Below, in pieces: positions 35,919 to 48,280 of a stretch of 64,000 nt of DNA. This stretch comes from Squalus acanthias (Eukaryota): positions 41,046,001 through 41,110,000 of the forward strand of contig CM059432.1 in NCBI GenBank assembly GCA_030390025.1, written 5' to 3'. The position numbers and the translations under genes are program-made. Positions within the stretch are counted from its first letter, which is position 1. Each line of letters begins with the position of its first letter. A model generated the notes under the pieces. It worked only from the letters and a program-made list of their open reading frames with translations, did no database searches and was not told the DNA's origin.

Positions 35919-36403
35919 CCTGTTCATTCATCACCCTGTGCTCGCTGACCGACATTGGCTCCCGGTTAAGCAATGCCTAGATTTCAAAATTCTCATCCTT
36001 ATTTTCAAATCCCTCCATGGCCTCGCCCTTCCCTATCTCCAATCTCCTTCAGCCCCACAACTCTCCCCCACCGCCCCCCCTCCCCACCCCAGAGATATTT
36101 GCGCTGCTCTAATTCTGCCCTCTTGAGCATCCCTGATTATAATTGCTCAACCAAATTGTGGCCACGCCTTCTATTGCCTAGGGCCTAAGCTCTGGAATTC
36201 CCTGCCTAAACCGCTCCGCCTCTCTACCCTCCTTTAAGATGCTCCTTAAAACCTACCTCTTTGACCAAACTTTTGGTCACCTGTCCTAATTTCTCCTTAT
36301 GTGGTTCGGTGTCAATTTTTTTGTCTTATAATACTCCTGTGAAGTGCCTTGGGACGTTTTACTACGTTAAAGGCACTATATAAATACAAGCTGTTGTTGT
36401 TGT
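35919..36403 (+). mobile_element. L2 3' end nested in CR1
   Basis: HWLPVKQCLDFKILILIFKSLHGLA (ORF 35938-36126) and a (gtt)n tail. The host CR1 resumes at gaag on both sides. Confidence 0.85.
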
Positions 36404-39400
36404 TGAAGACATTTCTCCTCATCTTAGGCTTAAATGGCCGTCCCCTTATTCAGAGACTGTGACCCCTGGTTCTAGACTGCCCAGCCGGGGGCAACTTCCT
36501 CCCTGCATCTACCCTGTAAGAATTTTGTATGTTTCGATGAGATCACTTCTCATTCTTCTAAACTCTAGAGAATATAGGCCTAGTCTACCCAATCTCTCCT
36601 CATAGGACAATCCCCCCATCCCAGGATTCAGTCTGGTGAACCTTTGTTGCACTCCCTCTATGGCAAGTATATCTTTCCTTAGGTAAGGAGACCAAAACTG
36701 TACACAATACTCCAGGTGTGGTCTCACCAGGGCCCTATATAATTGCAGGAAGACGTCTTTACTCTTATACTCAAATTTTATTGTAATAAAGGCCATATTA
36801 CCATTTGCTTTCCTAATTGCTTGCTGCACCTGCATGCTAACTTCCAGTGATTCGTGTACAAGGACACCCAGGTCCCTTTGAACACCAACATTTCCCAATC
36901 TCTCACCATTTAAAATATACTCTGCTTTTCTAGTTTTCCTACCAAAAAGTGGATAACTTCACATTATATTCCATTTGCCATGTTCTTTCCCACTCACTTA
37001 GCCTATCTATCCCCATGAAGCCTCTTTGCATCCTCCTCACAACTTACATTCCCACCTAGCTTTGTATTATCAGCAAACTTGGATATATTACATTTGGTCC
37101 CCTCATCCAAATCATTGATGTAGATTGTGAATAGCTGAGGCCCAAGCACTGATCCTTGCGGTACCCCACTAGTTACAGCCTGCCAACCCGAAAATTACCC
37201 GTTTATTCCTACTCTCTGTCCGTTAACCATTCCTCAATCCATGCTCGTATATTACCCCCAATCCCATGAGCCCTAATTTTGTTTAATAACCTTTTGTGTG
37301 GCACCTTATTGAATGCCTTCTGAAAATCCAAATACACCACATTCATTGGTTCCTCCTAATCTATTCTGCTAGTTACAACCTCAAAAAAACTCCAACAGAT
37401 TTGTCAAGCATGATTTCCCTTTCATAAATCCGTGCTGACTCTGCCCAATCCTATTATGATTTTCTAAGTGCCCTGTTACTACGTCCTTAATAATAGATTC
37501 TAGCATTTTCCCTACCACTGATGTCAGGCTAACTGGTCTGTAGTTCCCCGTTTTCTCTCTCCCTCCTTTCTTAAATAGTGGGGTTACATTTGCTACCTTC
37601 CAATCTGCGGGAACCGTTCTAGAATCGATGGAATTTTGGAAGATGACAACCAATGCATCCACTATCTCTATAGCCACCTCTTAAAATCCTAGGATGTAGG
37701 CCATCCGGTCCAGGAGATTTATCTGCTTTCAGTCCCATTAATTTCTCCAGTACTATTTTTTTACGAAAACTAATTTCTTTCAGTTCCTCATTCTTGGTAG
37801 ACCCTTGGTTCCCCACTATTTCCGGGTGGTTTTCCATGAAGAGACACAAAGTATTTGTTTAATTTCTCTGCCATTTCCTTATTTCCCCATTATAATTTCT
37901 CCTGTCTCAGCCTGTAAGGGACCCAAGGTTCTTCTGCTAATCTTTTCATTTTTACATACCTAGAAAAGGTTTTACAGTTTGTTTTTATGTCTCTCACTAG
38001 TTTACTCATTCAATTTCCCTTTCTTTATCAATTTCTTGGTCCTCCTTTGCTGAATTCTAAAATCCTCCCAATCCTCAGGCTTACTACTCTGTTTGGCAAC
38101 ATTATAAGCCTCTTCCTTTAATCTAATACTATCTTTAATTTCTCTTGTTAGCCACGGTTGGACCATTTTTCCCATGGTGTTTTTATTCCTTAAGGGAATG
38201 TATATTCGTTGCGAATTATGAATTATTTCTTTAAATGTTTGCTATTGCTTTTCTAATGTCATATCTTTTAATCTAGTTTCCCAACCTACCTTAGCCAACT
38301 CGCCTCTCATACCTACGTAGTTTGCTTTGTTCAGGTTTTAGGACCCTAGTTTCGGACTAAACTAAATCAGCCTCAAACTCAACATAAAATTCTATCATAT
38401 TATGATCACTGCTCCCCAGAGGCTCCTTTATTACAAGGTTATTAATTAACCCTGTCTCATTGCACAGTACTAGATCTAAAATAGCCAATATCCTTGTAGG
38501 TTCCTGGACATACTGATCTAGAAAACTATCTTGAATGCATTCCATGCACTCTTCCTCTGCACTAATTCTGCAAATTTGGTTTGCCCAGGCTATATGAAAG
38601 TCAAATTCCCCCATGATTACAGTATTACCCTTGTTACATGCATCTCTAATTTCCTGATTTATACTCTGCCCGACACTTCAACCACTGTTAGGGGGCCTAT
38701 AGACTACTCCCACTAGTGTTTTCTGCCCCTTGTTGTTTCCTAGCTCCACCCAAACTGATTCTACATTTCGTTTTTCTGAGCCAAGATCCTTTCTCACTAC
38801 TGGTCTTGCTGCCACTCCCAGTTTTATTCCCCTTATGATCCACTCGGCATTGGGCCCCAGTCAACTCCACTTACCTATCCATTCGAAGTCAGTGCATCGA
38901 ATCATAGAATGATACAGCACAAAAGGAGGCCATTTGGCCCATCATGCCTGTGCCGGCTCTTTAGTAGAGCTATCCAATTAATCTCACTCCCCTGCTCTTT
39001 TCCCACAGCCCTGTAAAAATTTTCACTTCAAGTATTTATCCAATTCCCTTTTGAATGTGCTTCTACCACCCTTTCAGGCAGTGGATTCCAGATCACAACA
39101 ACTCGCTGTGTAAAAAAATGTACCTCATGTCGCCTCTGGGTCTTTTGCCAATCACCTTAAATTTGTGTCCTCTGGTTACCGACCCTTCTGCCACTGGAAA
39201 CAGTTTTGCCTTATTACTCAATCAAAACCATTTATGATTTTGGAACACCTCTATCAAATCTAACCTTATCTGCTCCAAGAAGAAAAATCCTAGCTTCTCC
39301 AGTCTCTCCACATAACTGAAGTCCCTCATCCCTGGCACCATTCTAGTAAATCACTTTTGGACCCTCGACAAGGCCTTGACATCTTTCCTAAAATGTGGTG

Positions 39401-40844
39401 CCCAGAATTGAACACAATACTCCAGCTGAGGCCTAACCAGTGTTTTATAAAGGTTTAGCATAACTTCCTTGCTTTTGTACTCTACTCCTCTATTAATAAA
39501 GCCAAGGAAGCCATATGCTTTTTAACAGCCTTCTCAACTTGTCCAGCTATCTTCAAAGATTTGTGTACTACACTCCCAGGTCTCTCTGTTCCTGCATCCC
39601 CTTTAAAATGCACCATTTAGTTCATATTGCCTCTCCTCATTCTTCATATACTTCTCTGCATTAAATTTAATTTGCTATGTGTCTGCCCATTTCACCAGTC
39701 TGTCTATGTCCTCCTGAAGTCTGTTACTATCCTCCTCATTATTTACTACTTTTCAGAGGTTCATATCATCTGCAAATTTTGAAATTATACCCAAGTGCAG
39801 GTCATTAATATACATCAGAAAGAGCAGTCGTCCTAATACCGACCCCTGGGGAACACCACTGTATACCTCCCTCCTGTCTGGAAAAACAACCGTTCACCAC
39901 TACTCTCTGCCCCTTAGCCAATTTTGCATCCATGCTGCCACTGTCCATTTAATGCCATGGGCTTTTATTTTGATAACAAGTTTATTATGTGGTACTTTGT
40001 CAAACGCCTTTTGAAAGTACAGAACATCAACCGCACTACCCTCATCAACCCTCTTCATTGCTTCATCAAAGAACTCGATCAAGTTAGTCAAACATGATTT
40101 GCCTTCAGCAAATCGTGCTAGCTTTCATTTATTAACCCATACTTTTACAAATGCCAATTAATTTTGTCCCGCATTATTGTCTCTAAAAGTTTCCCTACCA
40201 GCGACATTAGGCTGACTGGCTTGTAGTTGCCGGGTTTATCCCTCTCCCCTTTTTTATACAGGGGCGTAACATCTGCAATCCTCCAGCACCACCCCCAATT
40301 CCAAGGAGGATTGAAAGTGTATGGCCAGAGCCTTACTTCCCTCAGATGCATCCCATTCGGACCGGGTGACTTTTCTACTTTGAGGATTTAAGTACCTCCC
40401 CTTTATCTATTTTTATCCTATCCAATATCGCTACTGCCTCCTCCTTTACTGCTACATTGCATCTGTCTTCACTAAAGAGGATGCTGCCAAAGTACTCATT
40501 TAGTACTGTACGAAAGGCTGATATTTAAAGATATTTAGTAGACGAGAATCATATATGTATAACTTCAAGTGTAGCCATTGACCAAATAATATTACCCATA
40601 ATTACTCCTGGGTAACTAAAAAGCTAAGACTTGTTCAAAATGTAGCTGCACAGTCAAAAGCAGTTTTGACTAAGTTTTGATAACAAACAACCACAGACTG
40701 CGAGTGAAGGTTAAATCATTAAATAACATATTATAATGCTGTATAGAACTTAGAATTCGCTTAACAAAACTGATTGCAACGATATTTTAAAAATAATTAG
40801 TATAAGGACATAAAATGAGAGAGATCATGGAGATAATTAATTAA

Positions 40845-42531
40845 GAAGGGGAAAATAGAATATGAGAGGAAGCTTGCTGGGAACATAAAAACTGACTGTA
40901 AAAGCTTTTATAGATATGTGAAGAGAAAAAGATTGGTGAAGTCAAGCGTAGGTCCCTTGCAGTCAGAATCAGGGGAACTTATAATGGGGAACAAAGAAAT
41001 GGCAGACCAATTAAATACATATTTTGGTTCTGTCTTCACAAAGGAGGACACAAATAACCTCCCAGAGATGTCGGGGAACATAGGGTCTGATGAAAGGGAG
41101 GAACTGAAAGAAATCAGTATTTGTAGGGAAATGGTGTTAGGGAAATTGATGGGATTGAAGGCCGATAAATCCCCAGGGCCTGATAATCCACATCCTAGGG
41201 TACTTAAGGAAGTGGCCCTAGAAATAGTAGATGCATTGCTGATCATCTTCCAACATTCGATGGAATCTGGAACAATACCCATGGATTGGAGGGTAGTTAA
41301 TGTAACCCCACTATTCAAAAAAGGTGGTAGAGAGAAAACGGGGAATTACAGACCGGTAAGCCTGACATCGGTAGTGGGGAAAATGCTAGAGTCCATTATA
41401 AAAGACGTAATAGCAGAGCACTTGGAAAACAGTGATAGGATTGGACAAAGTCAACATGGATTTACAAAAGGTAAATCGTGCTTGACTAATCTACTGGAAT
41501 TTTTTGAGGATGTAACTGGTAAAATAGATAAGGGAGAACCAGTGGATGTGGTGTATTTGGACTTTCAAAAGGCTTTCGATAAGGTCCCGCATAAGAGATT
41601 AGCGTGTAAAATTAAGGCACATGGGATTGGGGGCAAGGTATTGACTTGGATAGAGAACTGGTTGGCAGACAGAAAGCAAAGAGTTGGAATAAACGGGTCT
41701 TTTTCCAAGTGGCAGGCAGTGACTAGTGGGGTACTGCAGGGATTGGTCCTTGGTGTCAAAAACAGGAAGGCAGATTATCTGAATGGCAATAGATTGGGAG
41801 AAGGGGAAGTGCAACGAGACCTGGGTGTCCTTGTGCACCAGTTGCTGAAGGTAAGCATGCAGGTGCAGCAGGCGGTTAAGAAGGCAAATGGTATGTTGGC
41901 CTTCGTAGCGAGGATTCAAGTACAGGAGCAAGGATGTCTTGCTGCAGTTGTACAGGGCCTTGGCGAGACCACACCTTGAGTATTGTCTGCAGTTTTGGTC
42001 GCCTTATCTGAGGAAGGAGGTTCTTGCCATGGAAGGAGTTCAGCGAAGATTCACCAGGCTGATACCTGGGATGGCAGGAATGACGTATGAAGAGAGATTG
42101 GGTCGATTGGGCTTAAACTCGCTGGAGTTTAGAAGAATGATAGGGGATCTCATTGAAACTTATAAAATTCTAACAGGACTGGACAGACTAGATGCAGGAA
42201 GGATGTTCCCGATGGTCGGGGTGTCCAGAACCAGGGGTCACAGTCTAAGGATAAGGGGTAAGCCATTTAGGACAGAAATGAGGAGGAATTTCTTCACCCA
42301 GAGAGTGGTGAACCTGTGGAATTCTCTACCACAGAAGGCAGTTGACGCCAATTCATTAAATATATTCAAGAAGGAGTTGGATATATTTCTTAAGGCTAAA
42401 GGGATCAAGGGATATGGGGAGAAAGCAGGGACAGGGTTCTGAATTTGGATGATCAGCCATGATTGCATTGAATGGCGGAGCAGGCTAGAGGGGCCGAATG
42501 GCCTACTCCTGCTCCTATCTTCTATGTTTCT
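40845..42531 (+). mobile_element. Relatively young CR1 fragment with an internal deletion near 41750
   Basis: ORFs 40918-41979 (353 aa; the FADD region is missing) and 41939-42442. ttctatgtttctat tail. Confidence 0.92.
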
Positions 42532-42655
42532 ATAAGGTATTTATCTGGTCGATTAAAGAGATAGTTTGGATACCTCAAGACTAGTGAAACAGCGCTGATA
42601 TGGGCCCTTGGTATAAAGGCCTTGTACCAGGGAAGCTAGAAATGAAAGAGATAAA

Positions 42656-43424
42656 GGGCCAAAAATTCGGCCCTTCCCGGGTGAGTACACAGTGCGTACT
42701 CACCCGTAAGGCGTCCCAAAGAGCCGGTTTCCTGCATGCACTGCGCATGCGCGGGAAACCGGAACTTCCGGTCTGGTGAAAGGGGCGGTTCCTAGGTGAA
42801 CCGCGTGCGCGGTAGAGGCTGCGCGCACGCAGCAAACTTAGTTTTTTTTTCAGGTTTCTACGGGAGGGTAAGTATTGAAGAACCTGCACATTTAAAAAGG
42901 AGGCGCAGGAGCCGTTTTCAACAAGGTAAGTGGTTAATTAAGTATAATTTAAATTTTTTTTCAACAGGTTTATCTTTTTTAGATACTTTAAAGAAAGGTA
43001 AGTTTATTTTTTTATCACTTTTAAAAAGTATTTAAATTTTTTCAAAAATTTAAATTTTTGTTTAAAGTGGTTAATTTATTTAACTATAATTATTTTATAA
43101 ATGTGATGGTTTTTAAAAAAAAAATTATTTTAAGTTTAGCTGTTCTTTTGGGGCCGATTTCAATTCACAGATTTGACAGGTCTTCCTGTCAAATCTATGA
43201 ATGAAAGATGGTCTGCTGCCATTGGCTCTCCATGGCCCACGTGATCCCAGGGGACGCATCGCACTAACTGCGCCCCTGGGACACGCACGCACTGCGTGCC
43301 GGCAGTTGGAGCAGGCCCAGGAGCTGAAGTTCCCGTGGGCCCAAAACACAACGGCAGGCGCGGTAGGTAAGTGCGCGCGCGATCCTTACCCCCGCGGCAA
43401 GCCGGAGAGGCGAATTTCAGGGCC
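42656..43424. mobile_element. PIF/Harbinger-type MITE, 769 bp, copy 2 (inverted relative to 3093-3853)
   Basis: TIRs GGGCCAAAAATTCG / CGAATTTCAGGGCC with 3-bp flanks AAA/AAA. Collinear with the reverse complement of copy 1. Confidence 0.85.
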
Positions 43425-43615
43425 AAAGTAAATTCCAATGGGGTGAAAAACTATAAACAAGATAACACTGAACATGGCAAGGTTGGTGGAAAAATACTGG
43501 AAAGGCGGGATACTACCTTGGTCTGAGTGACAATGGTATTTTGACCATTAGAACCAATTAAAAAAGGTGATTTTGTTAAAGACCACATATGGACACTGGC
43601 CAAACCAACTTTTGA

Positions 43616-44556
43616 TAAGAAACATAGAAGATAGGAGCAGGAGTAGGCCATTCGGCCCCTCGAGCCTGTTCCGCCATTCAATGAGATCATGGCTGATCAT
43701 CCAAATTCAGTACCCTGTCCCTGCTTTCTCCCCATATCCCTTGATCCCTTTAGCCTTAAGAAATATATCTAACTCCTTCTTGAATATATTTAATGAATTG
43801 GCCTCAACTGCCTTCTGTGGTAGAGAATTCCACAGGTTCACCACTCTCTGGGTGAAGAAATTCCTCCTCATCTCAGTCCTAAATGGCCTACCCCTGATCC
43901 TTAGACTGTGACCCCTGGTTCTGGACTCCCCCGCCATCGGGAACATCCTTCCTGCATCTAGTCCTGTTAGAATTTTATAAGTTTCAATGAGATCCCCTCT
44001 CATTCTTCTAAACTCTAGCGAACATAAGCCTAATCGACCCAATCTCTCTACATACGTCATTCCTGCCATCCCAGGTATCAGTCTGGTGAATCTTCGCTGT
44101 GCTCCCTCCATGGCAAGAACATCCTTCCTCAGATAAGGCGACCAAAACTGCACACAATACTCAAGGTGTGGTCTCACCAAGGCCCTGTACAACTGCAGCA
44201 AGACATCCTTGCTTCTGTTCTCGAATCCTCTCGTTATGAAGGCCAACATACCATTTGCCTTCTTAACTGCCTGCTGTACCTGCATGCTTACCTTCAGCGA
44301 TCGGTGCACAAGGACATCCAGGTCTCGTTGCACTTCCCCTTTTCCCAATCTATTGCCGTTCAGATAATAATCTGTCTTCCTGTTTTTGCCACCAAAGTGG
44401 ATAACCTCGCATTTATCCACATTATACTGCATCTGCCATGCATCTGCCCAATCACACAACCTGTCCAAATCATACTGGAGTTTCTCTGCATCCTCCTCAC
44501 AGCACACACGCCCACCCAGCTTTGTGTCGTCTGCAAACTTGGAGATATTGCATCTG
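43616..44556 (-). mobile_element. CR1 3' fragment, same subfamily as 40845-42531
   Basis: ORF 43707-44612 is open from KFADDTK to the stop codon. The 3'UTR is nearly identical to 42443-42531. Confidence 0.92.
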
Positions 44557-47500
44557 GGGTTAAAACCTCGATACTCAAAGAACAACTTTACACAGACGTA
44601 CTGTGAGAACAAAGGAACAGACTTAAGACGACGTCATCTGTGTCCGAGAGGTTCCAGAGACCAAGGGCTGCAAGCTACTCGTTAAAACTATCGCCTAATA
44701 TTAAGTATATTATGCTGTATGCTTAATAAATCTTGATCTATTGCTCAAACATACTGGCTTCTGCCTATTGGTGTCTTGTCCAAGAACTCAGAGATCATTA
44801 AGATCTTACAGTACCTTAGTCATGCCCTTTGCCTCCACAAGACTATCTCCTTTTTGGTCCTAATTGATCCCACCCTTCCTTTGACTACCCTTTTAATATT
44901 TATGTGTTTATAAAAAGACTTTTGGGTTCCCTTTTATGTTAACTGCTAATTTATTCTCATACTCTTTGCCCCTTTTATTCCCTTTTTTAGATCCCCTCTG
45001 TACTTTCTATAATCAGCTTGGTTTTCTACTGTATTATGAACCTTAGAATTGTAATAAGCCTCCTTTTTCTGTCTCATTTTAACCTCTATATCTTTAATCA
45101 CCCAGGGAGCTCCAGCTTTAGATGCCCTTCCTTTCCCCCTCATGGGAATGTGTCTTCTCTGTATCCGAACCATCTCTTTTTTGAAGGCCTCCCATTGTTC
45201 AACTACTGTTTTGCCTACCAGTTTTTCATTCCAGTTCACCGAAGTATGGTCACTGTTCTCCAAACGCTCTTCCACCGAAACATGCTCCACTTGATTCCCT
45301 AGAACTAGAGCCAGCACGGTTTCCTTCCTCGTCAGGCTGGAAACACACTGATCAAGAAAGTTCTCTTACACACATTTCAGGAATTCCTCCCCCTCTTTGG
45401 TCTTTACACTGTTACTATCCCAGTCTATATTAAGATAATTGAAGTCCCCCATTGTCATTACTCTGTAGTTCTTTCATCTTTCTGTAATTTGCTCCTCTAT
45501 CTCCTTCTCACTATTTGATGGCCTATAGTACACACCCAGTCACAAAATAGCTCCTCTATTATTCCTTAATTCTAACCAAATTGTCTTTGACCCCTCAACT
45601 ATATCATCCCTCTCCAGTGCTATAATAGTTTATTTGATCAATACTGCCACCCCCCCCCTCCTTTTTTTTCCTTCCCTATCTTTCCTGAATACCTTGCAGC
45701 CAGGAAAATTAAGTTCCCAATCCTCACCTTCTTTGAGCCAGGTCTCTGTTATTGCCACTATATCATAGTCCCATGCGGCGACTTGTGCCTGCAGCTCACC
45801 AACATTATTTACCACGCTACTTGCAGTAACGTACGTACATGAGCTCCAAACCCATCTTAGGCTATGTTGTATTTGCCCCCTGTCTGATCCCTCCTATTTC
45901 TGAACTATTCTTCAATCTAGTGCTATTTGCCTCTCCCAGTCCTCTGTGCACCTTGTTTCTCCTCTCTAATGTTTTATCCTGGTGTCCATTCCACAGTCAA
46001 ATTAGTTTAAACCCTCCCTCAAAGTACTAGTTAACCTTTCTGTGAGCACGTTGGTCTCAGCTCTATTGAGGTGCAACCCGTCGACCTTGAACAGGTTCCC
46101 CCACCCCAGAAATTTGAAGCCTTCCTTCCGGCACCATTTCTCCAGCCGGTTTTATCCTACTGTTCCTATGCTCACTAGTATGTGGCACTGGGAGTGAGGT
46201 CCTGCTTTTTAACTTCCTCCATTGCTCCTGAAACTGCAGGACCTCAACCCTTTTCCCTCCTATGTCATTGGTTCCCACATGGACCACAAGTTCTGGCTGT
46301 TCCCCTCCCCCTGAAAAAAATGTTCTGCACCTTCTCAGTGATGTCCTTTACCCTGGCACCAGGGAGGCAACACACCATGCGGGACTCATGTCGGTGGTTG
46401 CAGAAACGCCCGTCTATCCCCCGACTATCAAATCCCCTGTGACAAATGCATTTCTACACTTTGCTGTGCGCTCTCCCCCCCGTGCAGTAATTTTCCCCAC
46501 AGTGCCGTGATGTGCTCTAGACTACACACCCCCAAGGTGTCGTTACCCTCGCTGGTATTCAGTGCTGAAAACCGGTTTGAGTGTGCCACACTCTCGGAGG
46601 ATTCCTGCACTGCCTGCCTCTTCCTATCCTGCCGGATGGCTATCCATTTACTATTCTCCTGACTCTCTGTAGATGTGGGGTGATCACCCCCTGGAACGTG
46701 CGCTGCAGGAAATTGTCAGCCTCCCATATGCTCTGTAGTGACTCCAGCCGCTCCTCAAGCTCAGAAACCCTGAGCTTGACTTCGACTAACTGAAGGCACT
46801 TTCTGCACACATGGTTATCCAGGGCCCATGAAGCGTCCTGGAGTTCCCACATGGCACAGGAATTGCAGGTAATGTGCCTCAGCATTCTGCTTAAAAGTCT
46901 ATTTATTATTTATTTAGGAGATAGATATCTCGTATGTGTTTTTAGCTTAGTATCCCCTTACTTCTATTTATTATTTATGTATACCAGATTATTTAATGCA
47001 ATTTGCATCCCTTTAACGTTGGTATCCTCTACTTAGTTAATTTGATCCCTTTAGATCTAATTAATTACTGATTATTTATATATTTACTGTTGCCCTTTGG
47101 TTTAAAGCACTTAGCACTTCCTTCACCCTCTGCACCAAATTCCCACTCTCAGCAAATTCCCATTGCCACTCTGTATAGCAAGCCACTCTGTTTAACAGAT
47201 ACTTCCAACTCTGTGCACACACAGCTCTGGCATCTCTAGCAATAGCTTCTCTTCCCACCCCTGTACCATCACCTAAGAAGTCCTCAAGGATCTATCCTTG
47301 GCCTCCTTTCCTCTTCTTCATCTACATACAACTCACTGGCGACACCATCCTCAGCCATGAGGTTAGCTTCCTCAAACATTGACAACACCCAGCTCTCCAC
47401 CTTACCAGATTCCCCCATTGACTCCTATGTACAATGGCACAGAAGATCTATCACCTGAACTAGATTGATTACGCCTACACTAACGCCTCCCCCGAGTTCT

Positions 47501-47600
47501 CCCAAGTCCCTTCCCTCCCCCAGTTCTGTTAGTCCACAACCCTTCCAAATATTCCCGTTTTCCAGAACCCTCTCTCAATTTCTGTTGGTTCAATGAAATA

Positions 47601-47620
47601 TCTCTCTCTCTCTCTCTCTC
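47601..47620. repeat. (TC)10 microsatellite
   Basis: Directly visible. Confidence 0.9.
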
Positions 47621-47899
47621 TTTCCCCTTCAACTAGTTGTCTTTCACTGTTGATCCCACCCCATCTCGAATTGATACTAATCCCCAAATTTCTCCAAGTA
47701 TTCTTACACTAGCTGTTCTTAACCTCGCCAAATAGTCACACACCCTTTCAACAAGTGTTCACAACCAGCAATCACCCTTAAGTATGGGTGGAACCCAACT
47801 AACTACCGGAGTCAGAGTGAGCAATGCCACGGTAAATCTGCTAGTAGTTTAAAACGTAATATATTGCATAACAGTGCGGCAGAATTAATGTCTAATGGA

Positions 47900-48055
47900 C
47901 AATACAAACATTTAAAAGATGACTTTAAAGAGCTGCACATGCGCATTATGTAGAACTTCGGGTCGGTGCTAAGGCTGCTGGGAAGGCGGGAAACTCCAAA
48001 GTTCTGATCTCGGGCAGTAACAATTATTACCCCATCAATCACCCGCAGTGCTGGG
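47900..48055 (+). promoter_or_regulatory. RAD54B: Candidate RAD54B promoter and non-coding exon 1
   Basis: CpG-containing unique DNA with E2F-like GGCGGGAAA (47985-47993) and NRF1-like TGCACATGCGCA (47934-47945). Donor G|GTAAGG at 48056. Confidence 0.55.
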
Positions 48056-48151
48056 GTAAGGGAGGTGGTAATCAGACGCGTTTTGGCCAGGGGTATAATT
48101 TATGTATACACACTCATTTCTCTTCCGGTGCCAAAGTGACAACTGACTGAC

Positions 48152-48280
48152 ATGAGAAGATCCGCAGCTCCGAGTCAGCTCAGCGGCAACGCAGCAAAAA
48201 AATTCAAATTCATCCCACCGGGGAAAAGTGATAGTCGGGAGCCTGTCTCAGGAGCCACCAGACTCTTGGAAAGGAACGAG
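48152..48280 (+). CDS. RAD54B: DNA repair and recombination protein RAD54B, first coding exon
   Basis: MRRSAAPSQLSGNAAKKFKFIPPG matches the known vertebrate RAD54B N-terminus (MRRSAAPSQL.GN..KK.KFIPPG). 43 codons, then donor GAG|GTACAA (phase 0). FSBP lies downstream as expected. Confidence 0.92.

Larger units (their letters stand above)
34443..38800 (-). mobile_element. Long degraded CR1 (endonuclease to 3' end) hosting a plus-strand CR1 and an L2 insertion
   Basis: ORFs 38357-38614 (ILDLVL, SDHNMI of the APE endonuclease), 37381-37677 and 36509-36898. The 3' tail at 34443-34476 resumes at about 35746. Confidence 0.85.
40507..44810 (+). mobile_element. Probable solo LTR (about 0.9 kb after removing three nested insertions)
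   Basis: Begins TGTACGA and ends TCTTACA. 4-bp TSD GTAC (40503-40506, 44811-44814). AATAAA at about 44725. Interrupts CR1 ORF2. Confidence 0.65.
38898..47255 (-). mobile_element. Near full-length decayed CR1 (5'UTR, ORF1 with Zn finger/coiled coil/esterase, ORF2) split by an LTR insertion at 40507-44810
   Basis: ORF1 remnants CNSC..HVCRKC..LEERL (46640-46885) and VHVGTND (46063-46287). APE start DIVAITETWL (45630-45815). RT pieces 40145-40351 and 39900-40091. Sequence is continuous across the duplicated GTAC. Confidence 0.8.

Noticed and set aside
40918..41979. 353-aa RT ORF as a possible functional or domesticated gene
   Set aside because: It is a 5'-truncated CR1 ORF2 with the catalytic FADD region deleted and a downstream frameshift.
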